A stretch of DNA of 64,000 nt, from sequence record PP892525.1; one strand, given 5' to 3'. How positions within the stretch are numbered: position 1 is the first letter of the stretch; each line of letters opens with the position of its first letter. Source of the stretch: Escherichia phage vB_EcoS_I14. The notes under the pieces are model-generated. The model saw only the letters and a list, made by a program, of their open reading frames with translations. It was not told where the DNA came from and did not search any database. This document shows positions 54,697 through 63,877 of the stretch, piece after piece. Position numbers and translations under genes: made by a program.

Positions 54697-55113
54697 ATGT
54701 TTGCAGAACTATTCACTATGATGCTGCTAGGTATCTGGAAAATAAGTCTAGTAGTATTCGTTTTAATGATAGTCTTTACTATCCTTGCATTAACTACCCG
54801 AAATAGCTTGTTAATAAAGGTTATTCACGGACTAGAGTATATAATTATGGGTTCATTCGGCGTTTGTAAATGCAATTGCCATAGAGATACGAAATATTGT
54901 TGGTTATGGATGGAACTAGAGAATCCTATATCCATAGCTTTGGCTGTTTCATTCGGCATGATTCTTATGGCCCTTACTCTAGCATTAATACCTTTGATGT
55001 TAGCTGGGGGAGTTACAGCGTATTTCACCCTTTTCTCCCCGATACTTATGTACTCAATTTACCCAATAACTATGTATCTAGTTAGGAAAAGATTTATACA
55101 CGCAGAAGATTAA
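54697..55113 (+). CDS. hypothetical multi-pass membrane protein
   Basis: 138 aa with several hydrophobic segments. Confidence 0.5.
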   Translation: MFAELFTMMLLGIWKISLVVFVLMIVFTILALTTRNSLLIKVIHGLEYIIMGSFGVCKCNCHRDTKYCWLWMELENPISIALAVSFGMILMALTLALIPLMLAGGVTAYFTLFSPILMYSIYPITMYLVRKRFIHAED

Positions 55114-55126
55114 GATAAAAAAGTAT

Positions 55127-55155
55127 TTGACTTTTAGCCCTAGTTATTATATAAT
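55127..55155 (+). promoter_or_regulatory. sigma70-type early promoter
   Basis: TTGACT-17bp-TATAAT, then CATAAATTAGTTAAGAGAGG. Confidence 0.7.
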
Positions 55156-55188
55156 ATATACATAAATTAGTTAAGAGAGGTATATATT

Positions 55189-55620
55189 ATGTCTGATCGT
55201 TTCTATACTCAAATGGCGGAACATTTTCGTATACCACATTACGAGCTAAACATTGCACTCCGTGATCATGACTCTCCTGAGTACAAAAAGCTCGAAAAGA
55301 AAGCGGAAAAATCTATTGATACAAAGGTAGGTGCATCTATGTCTAAGGGCAAAAAGTTAACTCGTCTTGATCTTAATAAAATTTTAACTGAACTTTTGGG
55401 TACTGATATTGAAGGTGCTAAATTACCACTTCTTGTACTAGAGACTATGATTAAAAAGGTCAAAAATAAAGAGTATAAAAAGGTAGAAGTCCCAGAAGGC
55501 AGATTAAAGGCTCCTTATCAGGAAGCATTAACCGAGTGTTTGGGTGTAAATCTTGATCTGAGCACCGCAACCGTAAAAACTATGAAAAACTTCTTAGAGG
55601 CCATTAATAACTATGAGTAA
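55189..55620 (+). CDS. hypothetical protein
   Basis: 143 aa ORF after promoter 55127-55155. Confidence 0.5.
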   Translation: MSDRFYTQMAEHFRIPHYELNIALRDHDSPEYKKLEKKAEKSIDTKVGASMSKGKKLTRLDLNKILTELLGTDIEGAKLPLLVLETMIKKVKNKEYKKVEVPEGRLKAPYQEALTECLGVNLDLSTATVKTMKNFLEAINNYE

Positions 55621-55903
55621 ATTAGTATATTTATTAAAAGGTTCCACTTGCAATCCTTGCAAACTTTTCGAGCCAGTGTTTGATAAAGTAGTCAGTGACT
55701 ATAATTTGGAAATCCATAAAGAGACTGATAATACAGAATTAATGCAGAAATTTGGTGTGCGCCAAGTTCCTGTAGTAGTTCTGGCGGATCGTTTACCTAA
55801 TGGTCGAGTAGAAGCTAATCATATTTTGATTGGACGTCAGCTTCGTAAAGAAACTATGCACGAAGCTATTAAAAATTTCCTGGAGGATAATCCAGAGGAC
55901 TAA
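55613..55903 (+). CDS. thioredoxin/glutaredoxin-like protein
   Basis: 96 aa; CNPC redox motif near the N-terminus. Confidence 0.6.
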   Translation: MSKLVYLLKGSTCNPCKLFEPVFDKVVSDYNLEIHKETDNTELMQKFGVRQVPVVVLADRLPNGRVEANHILIGRQLRKETMHEAIKNFLEDNPED

Positions 55904-55909
55904 TAAACA

Positions 55910-55940
55910 AAGCCTGATCTTAGCTGATCAGGCTTTTATT
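55910..55940 (+). terminator. intrinsic terminator after the thioredoxin-like gene
   Basis: AAGCCTGATC-TTAGC-TGATCAGGCTT hairpin followed by TTTATTTT. Confidence 0.75.
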
Positions 55941-55944
55941 TTAC

Positions 55945-55973
55945 TTGCTTTTTGCTAAAAATCTTGGTATAAT
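55945..55973 (+). promoter_or_regulatory. sigma70-type early promoter
   Basis: TTGCTT-17bp-TATAAT, then TATAAATTGATAGGAG. Confidence 0.7.
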
Positions 55974-56001
55974 ACTTATATAAATTGATAGGAGTATTAC
56001 G

Positions 56002-56379
56002 ATGAACTATGCATATCTAATTATTAATAACAATGTAGTTTGTGGTACTCGCGCCGTTGAGATGGGTATTACAGAAGAAAAGTATAAGTCACTCCCAGGA
56101 AAGGAACAACAATATTATGTTGAAGAAGCTGCTTGGGAATATGCTGATGTTTATCCCGAACAACGTGAAGATCGCGTTACTATTGTTGTTTCTTTGGGGC
56201 TGGTTGGCTGTGATACCGAAATTGATACAGACCTAGAGACTTTAGAAGAGTGGGAAGAATTAGACATTTCAGCTAAAAACTCTTTAATCCGTGAGGCTTT
56301 TTGGGAAGCAGTTGACTGCCATGTTGTCTTTGAACCTAACGATGAGGAAGCTGAGAAGCATACTAACCAATGGAGATAA
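56002..56379 (+). CDS. hypothetical acidic protein
   Basis: 125 aa ORF. Confidence 0.5.
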   Translation: MNYAYLIINNNVVCGTRAVEMGITEEKYKSLPGKEQQYYVEEAAWEYADVYPEQREDRVTIVVSLGLVGCDTEIDTDLETLEEWEELDISAKNSLIREAFWEAVDCHVVFEPNDEEAEKHTNQWR

Positions 56380-56383
56380 TTAA

Positions 56384-56629
56384 ATGTTAGCGGAACAAGC
56401 AAAACGTTTAGCCAGGATAAATAGAGCTGTACTCCTTAAGAGCAAGAAGAAAACGTATAAGTATGTTAAAAAGAGAATAGTTTCTTCCGTAGGTATTGGA
56501 GGTTCTTTTGTACAGTTTAATCGTGATGAAATTAGTTATGAAGCTATAAAAGCCCTCTATAAAGAGGGGTATACTCTCCAACTATCTAATGATTATGGCA
56601 CAACTATTTTAACTGTTATTTGGGAATAA
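56384..56629 (+). CDS. hypothetical protein
   Basis: 81 aa ORF. Confidence 0.45.
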   Translation: MLAEQAKRLARINRAVLLKSKKKTYKYVKKRIVSSVGIGGSFVQFNRDEISYEAIKALYKEGYTLQLSNDYGTTILTVIWE

Positions 56630-57495
56630 TTATGAAAAAAGAATTTAATGTACATAAAACTCTAGTAGTGCCGGATGATGCCAACTTGTTTTTCGTTGGT
56701 GATATTCATGGATGCAATGATTTGCTAGAAGATGCGTTGAAATTAGCTGGGTATAATAGCAAAAAAGATTGCGTAGTATGTGTTGGTGACTTAATTGACC
56801 GAGGCACACAAAACTTACAAGTTTTAGCCAAATTCTTGTATAATCCACGTTTTATCAGTGTCCGTGGTAATCATGACCAATTTATGATTGCAGGAGATTG
56901 GGCTAATTGGATGTATAATGGTGGTATGTGGGCTATGAATGAGCTGGATGCAGATACAATTAAAAATATTGCCGAAGATATGGCTGAAAAAATGCCAGTA
57001 TTCCTAACTGTCAGACATCGTGGTAATAAATTTGGTGTTGTTCACGGTGGTGTACCTTTTACGTACAAAGAATGTGGTAATGAGGTAGAAACCCCAGTAT
57101 GGAATAATCTTATTGCACAAGTAGAAGCAGCTAAAGAAGACCCGCATGACCATCCTGAATACCATATTGAGCCATATTTATGGGACCGAGATGTAATCCA
57201 AGAAATAGGCTTCCACTTGTCCAAAAAGGGTGAGGAACACCCATATTTCCAGCGTTATGCAGGATTTAAGGAAAAATACATGGTAGAAGTGCCAGAGGTT
57301 AAAGGGGTAGATTTCGTATTTCACGGACATACTGGGGTTCCTTACCCACTTCTTTATAAAAACCGTGTTTATCTTGATACTGGCGGTGTTTTCAACGGGC
57401 AGTTGACGGTTGCGCAAGTTAACGATGAAACAGGTAAAATCACCACATTTACCACAGACAAAAATAATAGCTGCGGTGTACAGAGGGTTCTTTAA
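56620..57495 (+). CDS. Ser/Thr protein phosphatase (PPP family)
   Basis: GDIHG, GDLIDRG and RGNHD motifs; start may be ATG 56632. Confidence 0.85.
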   Translation: MGIIMKKEFNVHKTLVVPDDANLFFVGDIHGCNDLLEDALKLAGYNSKKDCVVCVGDLIDRGTQNLQVLAKFLYNPRFISVRGNHDQFMIAGDWANWMYNGGMWAMNELDADTIKNIAEDMAEKMPVFLTVRHRGNKFGVVHGGVPFTYKECGNEVETPVWNNLIAQVEAAKEDPHDHPEYHIEPYLWDRDVIQEIGFHLSKKGEEHPYFQRYAGFKEKYMVEVPEVKGVDFVFHGHTGVPYPLLYKNRVYLDTGGVFNGQLTVAQVNDETGKITTFTTDKNNSCGVQRVL

Positions 57496-57794
57496 TGAAT
57501 GATAGCACAAAAGATACACAAGAACAGCTAGAATCAATGCATATTGATGCCCTTCGTTGGAGGGCATTAGTTAATGCTTTCGTCAAAGGAGATACCGGAG
57601 TAATATATTCTGGAATAGCAGTCAATTTTTGTTTTAATTCTCCTGCTGAAATAGAGATAGAAACAAGGCTTACTACCTACCTTAATGAGGTAGATCTTAA
57701 GGAAGGAGAGACTCCCGAGGAGTTTAAAACCAAAGTGTTAACCTCTTGGGCTAATAGTTTAATACGGAATAAGGAAAAGAATAATGAAAGTTAA
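57495..57794 (+). CDS. hypothetical protein
   Basis: 99 aa ORF. Confidence 0.45.
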   Translation: MNDSTKDTQEQLESMHIDALRWRALVNAFVKGDTGVIYSGIAVNFCFNSPAEIEIETRLTTYLNEVDLKEGETPEEFKTKVLTSWANSLIRNKEKNNES

Positions 57795-58374
57795 ATTCTG
57801 GTCAGACTTGCACCTAGACCACCCTGGAGCGTTACGTTTCCGTCCGTGGTTTAAGAACATGAAAGAGCACGATGAGTATATTCTAGATACTTTGTCCAAG
57901 CATATTGGTAAACGAACAAAACTTATTTTGCTAGGAGATATTGCAGTAGGTCGTGAAGGTCTAGCTAAATTAAAGTCGGTTATCCACAATGTTCCTAATC
58001 AACTGATTATGGGTAATCATGATGCGGAGCGTCAAGGACTGAGTATTAGGGACTTAGCGGAAGTTTATGATGATATTCAGGCTCTAGGTAAACAGACTGG
58101 AGGTGGCAAAAAGTTTTGGTTATCTCACTGCCCTTTGCACCCCAATGAACTTCGTGGCAAACTAAATATTCATGGACACGTACATACTACTTCTCTACGT
58201 GATCCACGTTATATCAATGTTTCATTTGAAATGAGTAAAACTCCAATTTCATTAGAGGATATTGTGTCTGGTAAGTTTACTAGTTACGATAGAATAGTTA
58301 ACTGTACTACCGGCGAGGTATTACAAATAGGGGAAGACGTAGCTGCTGTATTGCGTGGTGATATAAATGTATAA
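57784..58374 (+). CDS. calcineurin-like metallophosphoesterase
   Basis: 196 aa; SDLHLDH, LLGDIA, GNHD and GHVH motifs. Confidence 0.65.
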   Translation: MKVKFWSDLHLDHPGALRFRPWFKNMKEHDEYILDTLSKHIGKRTKLILLGDIAVGREGLAKLKSVIHNVPNQLIMGNHDAERQGLSIRDLAEVYDDIQALGKQTGGGKKFWLSHCPLHPNELRGKLNIHGHVHTTSLRDPRYINVSFEMSKTPISLEDIVSGKFTSYDRIVNCTTGEVLQIGEDVAAVLRGDINV

Positions 58375-58482
58375 GTATATAGCTGAGGCTATTATTAAAC
58401 GAATCATACAAGCGATAGCAATACTTATAATCATTTGTATTGCTATTGGCACAGGACTAGGCATTTTAATTAAAAGTTTTAT

Positions 58483-58511
58483 TTGCTAAAATGCTTAAGT
58501 TTCTGTATAAT
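58483..58511 (+). promoter_or_regulatory. sigma70-type early promoter
   Basis: TTGCTA-17bp-TATAAT, then TATAAATTGATGAGAAGG. Confidence 0.7.
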
Positions 58512-58541
58512 TACTTTATAAATTGATGAGAAGGAATCAAA

Positions 58542-58973
58542 ATGAACAAAGTTGATAAAGCTCTAGTTTTCGCAGCAGCAGATAAGTTTGAACAAGTTAA
58601 GGCAACTTTCCGAACCTTGTTCCAGTCTTACGTTCAGGATAAGTCTAATCCTATCTCTGAACGTTTGATGGTCTGGGAATGTCATGCTTGCAATGCCCTA
58701 TTAATTGCGGATTATCGTAGCGATATGGATAAAGATCTGTGCGAAATTCTTATCGCTGAGGAGGCAGAACGTTATCAGTTAATCTCTTTCCAAGATTTGG
58801 CGGAGCATATCATTCCTGATGATCTTTGGGATAAATACTACGGTGATCCTGAAGATGAGGGAATGACTCCAGAAGCCTGTATTGAGCTGATCTGCAAAGA
58901 TCATCCTGAAATTGCAGAGAAATTTGAAAAAGTTTTTGCTTCTGAGTTCTCCGGCGTTGTTAACGATTGGTAA
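58542..58973 (+). CDS. hypothetical protein
   Basis: 143 aa ORF. Confidence 0.5.
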   Translation: MNKVDKALVFAAADKFEQVKATFRTLFQSYVQDKSNPISERLMVWECHACNALLIADYRSDMDKDLCEILIAEEAERYQLISFQDLAEHIIPDDLWDKYYGDPEDEGMTPEACIELICKDHPEIAEKFEKVFASEFSGVVNDW

Positions 58974-58990
58974 GTAATTAAAAAATTCAG

Positions 58991-59019
58991 TTGCTTTAAG
59001 CCTTAAAATTCTGTATAAT
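58991..59019 (+). promoter_or_regulatory. sigma70-type early promoter
   Basis: TTGCTT-17bp-TATAAT, then TATAAATTAATGAGAGAGG. Confidence 0.7.
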
Positions 59020-59051
59020 AAGTTTATAAATTAATGAGAGAGGAAATTCTA

Positions 59052-59303
59052 ATGGAAAACATGACTAAAAATGAAATGGCTAACGTTCTGGCAATTCTCC
59101 TCGACATGCAGGGTTTTGAAGGCCAGCTCATGAAGATGTCTATTCCGGCAATGAAAAAGATGTATGATTCCCTGAATAAGAATGCTATGGCGTTCAACCT
59201 TGCAAAACAGGAAGCACGTTTTGCGAAAGAACATCAGGCAACTGCCGAACGTCGTGCAGCATCTTTTGAGCGTGAAGTTAAGCAACTGAAAGGTAAGAAA
59301 TAA
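59052..59303 (+). CDS. hypothetical protein
   Basis: ATG 59052 after GAGAGAGGA; the track start 59034 lies in the promoter-proximal box. Confidence 0.45.
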   Translation: MENMTKNEMANVLAILLDMQGFEGQLMKMSIPAMKKMYDSLNKNAMAFNLAKQEARFAKEHQATAERRAASFEREVKQLKGKK

Positions 59304-59464
59304 TGGAGAATAAACTAGCATTAGTAGCAATAATGGTAGTTTTCCAAGCGATATTTTTGGGACTTATCCACAATAAAGTTTCTAAACTAGAAAACTCAGC
59401 AAAAGAACTGAAAGTAGAAATGTGTAAATTAGTCCCGGATAACGAAAAATGTAGGGGTATTTAA
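59303..59464 (+). CDS. hypothetical small membrane protein
   Basis: 53 codons, hydrophobic N-terminus; not in the ORF track. Confidence 0.3.
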   Translation: MENKLALVAIMVVFQAIFLGLIHNKVSKLENSAKELKVEMCKLVPDNEKCRGI

Positions 59465-59745
59465 TGTTAATTGAAATTCTCATTGGATTGCTAGTGCTTA
59501 TGACACTAGTAGCTATAGGTGGGATTATTGGTATTGTAAGCATGCGAAAAAATATAGAGAGTATGCTTACTACTAATAGTGGACTTCACTGCCGCTTAAT
59601 AGAACAAGAACAAGATATTGAACTAGCACAGAGACGCTCAGATATTCTAAAAGAAAAACTAAACAATATTGAAACAATTGCTGGGAATACAAAACTACCT
59701 AATAAAGTAATGCGTGCTCAGATAATTACGGAGATTAAAAAATGA
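59464..59745 (+). CDS. hypothetical membrane protein
   Basis: 93 aa with N-terminal TM. Confidence 0.45.
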   Translation: MLIEILIGLLVLMTLVAIGGIIGIVSMRKNIESMLTTNSGLHCRLIEQEQDIELAQRRSDILKEKLNNIETIAGNTKLPNKVMRAQIITEIKK

Positions 59746-59987
59746 TGATGTTTATTCTAGCGTTTTATCTAATTGTGGTTGGTGTACTGGTTACTAAGTA
59801 TCACACATGGACACCAAAGAATGTAGCTAAGGTAGCTTTATTTGTTATTCCAGTCCCACTTATTATCTTTTCTATGCTAATGGTGATGTTAGTTGGTAAA
59901 GTAACAAAAACAGATATTAAACGAATTGCGGAGGAATTGCAACAGTCTTGCGATATGGTAGAGGATATTCTTAAAGATGAAGCTTAA
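59742..59987 (+). CDS. hypothetical membrane protein
   Basis: 81 aa with two hydrophobic segments. Confidence 0.45.
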   Translation: MMMFILAFYLIVVGVLVTKYHTWTPKNVAKVALFVIPVPLIIFSMLMVMLVGKVTKTDIKRIAEELQQSCDMVEDILKDEA

Positions 59988-60303
59988 TTTTAATGAATTA
60001 AATACCTTACATGAGATATTACAGTTTGTGAATAACAATATTAGTATTCCAGATGATACACTAGAAGTTCTCATGTTAATAGAGAAAAAGGTAGGAATTG
60101 AAATTGAGGACTCTTGGAAACCACTTTCTGTATTAACACCACTTAATATGAAAGTGATAGTTAAAAATATTGATACTGGTGAAGAGTGTGAAATGATTCG
60201 TAAAGAACTAGCTGATAGCTATTCACCAAAGTCTGTAGTAATGTACCATGATGATACCGCTAAGACTCTACAGACAGCTAATTACGTATGGCGTCTCCCA
60301 TGA
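59977..60303 (+). CDS. hypothetical protein
   Basis: 108 aa ORF. Confidence 0.45.
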   Translation: MKLNFNELNTLHEILQFVNNNISIPDDTLEVLMLIEKKVGIEIEDSWKPLSVLTPLNMKVIVKNIDTGEECEMIRKELADSYSPKSVVMYHDDTAKTLQTANYVWRLP

Positions 60304-60402
60304 TTGATTTAGTACCAATTACTGCGGGGCTAATAGCGCTATTAGTGCTTGCAGTTTTTATTATTGTGGAGCAGGCCAAAGTAATAAGGAGACTTAAAAA
60401 CA

Positions 60403-60603
60403 ATGATAAAACGTCTTGTTTATCAGGCACCAAAGATTGTAACTGAGTATTTTGTATTACTGCCTCAGATTGTATTTCTAACAGCATTATTTAATATACT
60501 TTTTCGACATCTAGGAATAACGGAAAATATCTTCTACACTTCTGAACTACTTCCTTTTATGTACGAAGGCATCATCGTGGCAATTAATGGAGTTCGTAAA
60601 TGA
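60403..60603 (+). CDS. hypothetical protein
   Basis: 66 aa ORF. Confidence 0.4.
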   Translation: MIKRLVYQAPKIVTEYFVLLPQIVFLTALFNILFRHLGITENIFYTSELLPFMYEGIIVAINGVRK

Positions 60604-61061
60604 CAGCACTACAACAACTACAGAATTACTGGTTTGATAACCAATTTAACGATCTCTTCATCCAGTTGTTTGTCGAAACGAACGGACGCTTCAACTACCG
60701 ATTCTTTAATAAGTTTCACGAAACAAAATTCTCTCATACAGAAATTAATGCAGCGATCCAAGACCTAACCGGTTCTAAAGTAATTCAGTATCGTGAAGTA
60801 GACTTTACACCTGATTGTTTTGGGTTTGAGCTGTTTAAGAAAGCGTATAAATTTGGTAAGTTTGAGGATGCTCGTCAATGGGTTCATGATTTCTGGTACA
60901 ACACTGATATTGTTCCTAGTCGTGTACTGATTCTTAACTGGATTGCTAAACAACATCCACCTAAAGCTCAATCGTCCTTCTTACCAACTGACACAGGAAA
61001 CCTTTACCATGACAGAAAAGAAAAATCCATTGCTGGAGCAGATGAAGGAATGGGAGAGTAA
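60600..61061 (+). CDS. hypothetical protein
   Basis: 153 aa ORF. Confidence 0.5.
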   Translation: MTALQQLQNYWFDNQFNDLFIQLFVETNGRFNYRFFNKFHETKFSHTEINAAIQDLTGSKVIQYREVDFTPDCFGFELFKKAYKFGKFEDARQWVHDFWYNTDIVPSRVLILNWIAKQHPPKAQSSFLPTDTGNLYHDRKEKSIAGADEGMGE

Positions 61062-61380
61062 TATTGAATCTGGTCTAGTAGACGGAGAAGATATTGTTAA
61101 CTCTATGCTAGAAGTAACAATAGATAATATTAACCCTATTTTGGCCAGTGAAACCTCAGATCTTATAGGACTTTCTAGTACTTTCGATTCTTTAGCTAAA
61201 TTAGCTTTAGATAATGAAGAGATAACCAAAGAAGATCTCGCCTCAGCTATGAATATGGCTATTAACGCTTACATTGGCAAACGTACCGATGAACTCGACA
61301 AACAAATCAAAAAGCGGGATACAACGTTAAATCTTATGGAAACGGCCACTATTTTAAGAAGTGGTAAACAACTTCATTAA
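61009..61380 (+). CDS. hypothetical protein
   Basis: Internal Met of track ORF 60943-61380; overlaps the upstream gene. Confidence 0.4.
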   Translation: MTEKKNPLLEQMKEWESNIESGLVDGEDIVNSMLEVTIDNINPILASETSDLIGLSSTFDSLAKLALDNEEITKEDLASAMNMAINAYIGKRTDELDKQIKKRDTTLNLMETATILRSGKQLH

Positions 61381-61387
61381 TTCTAGA

Positions 61388-61416
61388 GGCCAGGACTTAA
61401 TTGTTCTGGCCTTTTG
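61388..61416 (+). terminator. intrinsic terminator
   Basis: GGCCAG...CTGGCC hairpin followed by TTTT. Confidence 0.65.
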
Positions 61417-61434
61417 TGTTTCAAGGAACTTAGT

Positions 61435-61632
61435 ATGAAAACATTAGATAACTACCTAAAGGCTAGATATAGCCCTACGGAAGATCAATCTGCTGTAACC
61501 TGTGAAATAAGCAAAAATAAAACAGTACGATTAGCTCAAAAAGGTGGAGGAACATCCCCCAATATTATTTGGCTATCCGAAGAACAAGCAAAAGACTTAT
61601 ACTGTAAACTAAATAAGTTATTTAATAAGTAA
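61435..61632 (+). CDS. hypothetical protein
   Basis: ATG 61435; the track ORF starts at 61414. Confidence 0.4.
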   Translation: MKTLDNYLKARYSPTEDQSAVTCEISKNKTVRLAQKGGGTSPNIIWLSEEQAKDLYCKLNKLFNK

Positions 61633-61633
61633 C

Positions 61634-62080
61634 ATGCGTGATAAAATAAATGAATTATTAATCGAGGAAGCGAACAACTTCCCAATAAATAGGTTTACCA
61701 AATCAGATGGGTCTATTAATAGAACTAAGATTAAGCAGCTACATCCCGACTTTCAACAGGAAGCGCTAAACCTTATCTTTATCAAGAAAGCTGTTGCAGT
61801 TCATGGAGCTTTCTTTGGATATGAACGTGTAAATTATAAAACAATGCAACAGCAAGTCGAGATCTATTGTCCAGATCATGATGGTTATTACTGGCAAACT
61901 GCTAGATCTCATTTAGAAGGGCATGGTTGTAGACTGTGTGCACACAAGGTTGTGCAGCGTGTCACGGATTATGGAACTTATACCGTACCAGCATGTTATC
62001 ATAAATTTGTAGTTGACGATAATCATATAGTTTGGTATAATAAGTTTTCAAAGTTAAGAATGGAGATAAATAGTGAGTAG
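61634..62080 (+). CDS. hypothetical Cys/His-rich protein
   Basis: 148 aa; CPDHDGYYW...GHGCRLCAHK. Confidence 0.5.
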   Translation: MRDKINELLIEEANNFPINRFTKSDGSINRTKIKQLHPDFQQEALNLIFIKKAVAVHGAFFGYERVNYKTMQQQVEIYCPDHDGYYWQTARSHLEGHGCRLCAHKVVQRVTDYGTYTVPACYHKFVVDDNHIVWYNKFSKLRMEINSE

Positions 62081-62363
62081 CTATATTATATGGTCAAATC
62101 CATTAGCAGCACTTAGTAACAAACTATTTAAAACAACGTGGGGCTATAATGAAATAGACTTAAGCAGTCGCCCAATATCAAATACATGCTCTCTAGTCCC
62201 AGATCTGTATAAAGTAGTAATAAATAACGTAGAATATTTGGTTGACGAATTTGACAGAAAGTATATACTAGAGTGCGTTTATGATAACAACACATCAATG
62301 AATGAACTGATAGATCATGCCCAAATGTGTGATAAAAGCTGGATGTTAATATGGAAATCATAG
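62073..62363 (+). CDS. hypothetical protein
   Basis: 96 aa ORF. Confidence 0.45.
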   Translation: MSSYIIWSNPLAALSNKLFKTTWGYNEIDLSSRPISNTCSLVPDLYKVVINNVEYLVDEFDRKYILECVYDNNTSMNELIDHAQMCDKSWMLIWKS

Positions 62364-62584
62364 CAATTATTTTAGTAGTTATGTTATTCATCGTAGTACT
62401 TGTATCTTTTGCTATTATGCGTAGAGCTAGAGAACTAGCAGAAGATCTGGTAAAATTACGGGGTGAGTTGGCTGCTCTTAAGTTACAACGTGAAGCTCTC
62501 AAGCTATTCGTAGCTCAAGGTAGCGTAGAGCATACAGCAGAAGACTTCATCGTATATCTTAAACGTTACATGGGAATCAAATAA
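62351..62584 (+). CDS. hypothetical membrane protein
   Basis: 77 aa, N-terminal TM then coiled coil. Confidence 0.4.
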   Translation: MEIIAIILVVMLFIVVLVSFAIMRRARELAEDLVKLRGELAALKLQREALKLFVAQGSVEHTAEDFIVYLKRYMGIK

Positions 62585-62769
62585 TGGAAACTCTTTTTCT
62601 TTTAATGCTCGTAGGTTCTCTGTTACTAATACTAGCACTTCTACTAATCTGCAACATTCTTAATAATAAGAATTTAGAGTTAAAGTGTGAGAACCAAATC
62701 CTTAATCGTGAACTTAAACAATATAACCTAGCAGCCCATAAACTGTTAGACAAACTGGAGAATAAATAA
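62584..62769 (+). CDS. hypothetical membrane protein
   Basis: 61 aa, N-terminal TM. Confidence 0.4.
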   Translation: METLFLLMLVGSLLLILALLLICNILNNKNLELKCENQILNRELKQYNLAAHKLLDKLENK

Positions 62770-63389
62770 TGACATTTAATGCACAACAACCTATTCAAGT
62801 AGTACCAGACCATGAACTGAATACGTGGGATTATAGCTTTAAAGATTTAACTGCTACTGTACAATTCAAATCTATGAAGCTAACATTTGCACACAATGAC
62901 CTTAGAGCATGTAAAGATCTTGAGGGTAAGCTCGAAGATGCTCGTAAGATTTTTGGTAAGGCTCGCATCCCAGCTGATAATCTAATTAACGCATTAATCG
63001 ATGCATGGTATAAACTTGTGAAGACTGAGGTAAATCGGCCCAGTACTCCAGTGACTATTAGAGATCCGTGGCAGTTAGGGACAATCTCAATGCTGAATAA
63101 CTCCGATAAAAGATTAATGTCGGATATGCACAATGTTCCTTGTGGGGGTGTGGGAAGTAGTACGCAGTCATATAAGTTAGGAGAAGATTACGGCCCTTCT
63201 GTACAGTTGAAACATACTCAAGAAGCTTTTGAATCTGATATGCGAAGCGTAGCACCTGCGGATGCTGGAGTTTCTAGGAGTTCTGTTTGTACTATTCATT
63301 TTAATAATCCTAGTAAACATGGAAGCTTAGAAGATGCTATTATGGGGGCGCTGGGAGCCTCTATTAATGAAGATAAAAGAGGTAATTAA
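62769..63389 (+). CDS. hypothetical protein
   Basis: 206 aa ORF. Confidence 0.5.
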   Translation: MTFNAQQPIQVVPDHELNTWDYSFKDLTATVQFKSMKLTFAHNDLRACKDLEGKLEDARKIFGKARIPADNLINALIDAWYKLVKTEVNRPSTPVTIRDPWQLGTISMLNNSDKRLMSDMHNVPCGGVGSSTQSYKLGEDYGPSVQLKHTQEAFESDMRSVAPADAGVSRSSVCTIHFNNPSKHGSLEDAIMGALGASINEDKRGN

Positions 63390-63877
63390 TGAAAGAAGCA
63401 CTTAAGTTTGCTAATATACTATTTGAACCGACGGAGGACTCGTCGGTTTACTTTCTACAAATAACTGATGGTGCAAATGTACGACGTTATCTAACTGTAT
63501 TAACTTTTGAAGCTATTACGCTTATTGAAGCTATTAGAAAAGTCTCTTATGACTCAGAAGATGTCCAAACTATTGGATTCCTGAATTTCTTGAAGGAACA
63601 GAAATGTGCAGTGATTCCTATGAAAGAACATATTCCTGTTGATAGTACGGGAATACTAGAGTCTTTCCCACTTACTAAATATACTCAATTACATTTGAAA
63701 GAGTATACTATATGTCTGGGAGAGGAAGAGTTTGAGGTTCCTAATCCTAGAGTCTTATTTGACCTAATAAAGAGAACAGCCAAAAATAAATCTGATGCAA
63801 AAGATATTATTAATGGTATCTTGAAACGTGAAAGAAGATTAGCAGCAACAGCTAGTGGACAGGCGGATGATATATGA
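63389..63877 (+). CDS. hypothetical protein
   Basis: 162 aa ORF. Confidence 0.5.
   Translation: MKEALKFANILFEPTEDSSVYFLQITDGANVRRYLTVLTFEAITLIEAIRKVSYDSEDVQTIGFLNFLKEQKCAVIPMKEHIPVDSTGILESFPLTKYTQLHLKEYTICLGEEEFEVPNPRVLFDLIKRTAKNKSDAKDIINGILKRERRLAATASGQADDI

Noticed and set aside
23375-59019. Recurring 60-70-bp promoter-like motif as a CRISPR array or other repeat element
   Set aside because: Copies are separated by whole genes at irregular distances, are not flanked by uniform spacers, and fit sigma70 promoter architecture with downstream RBS and ATG. No CRISPR array or cas gene is present.
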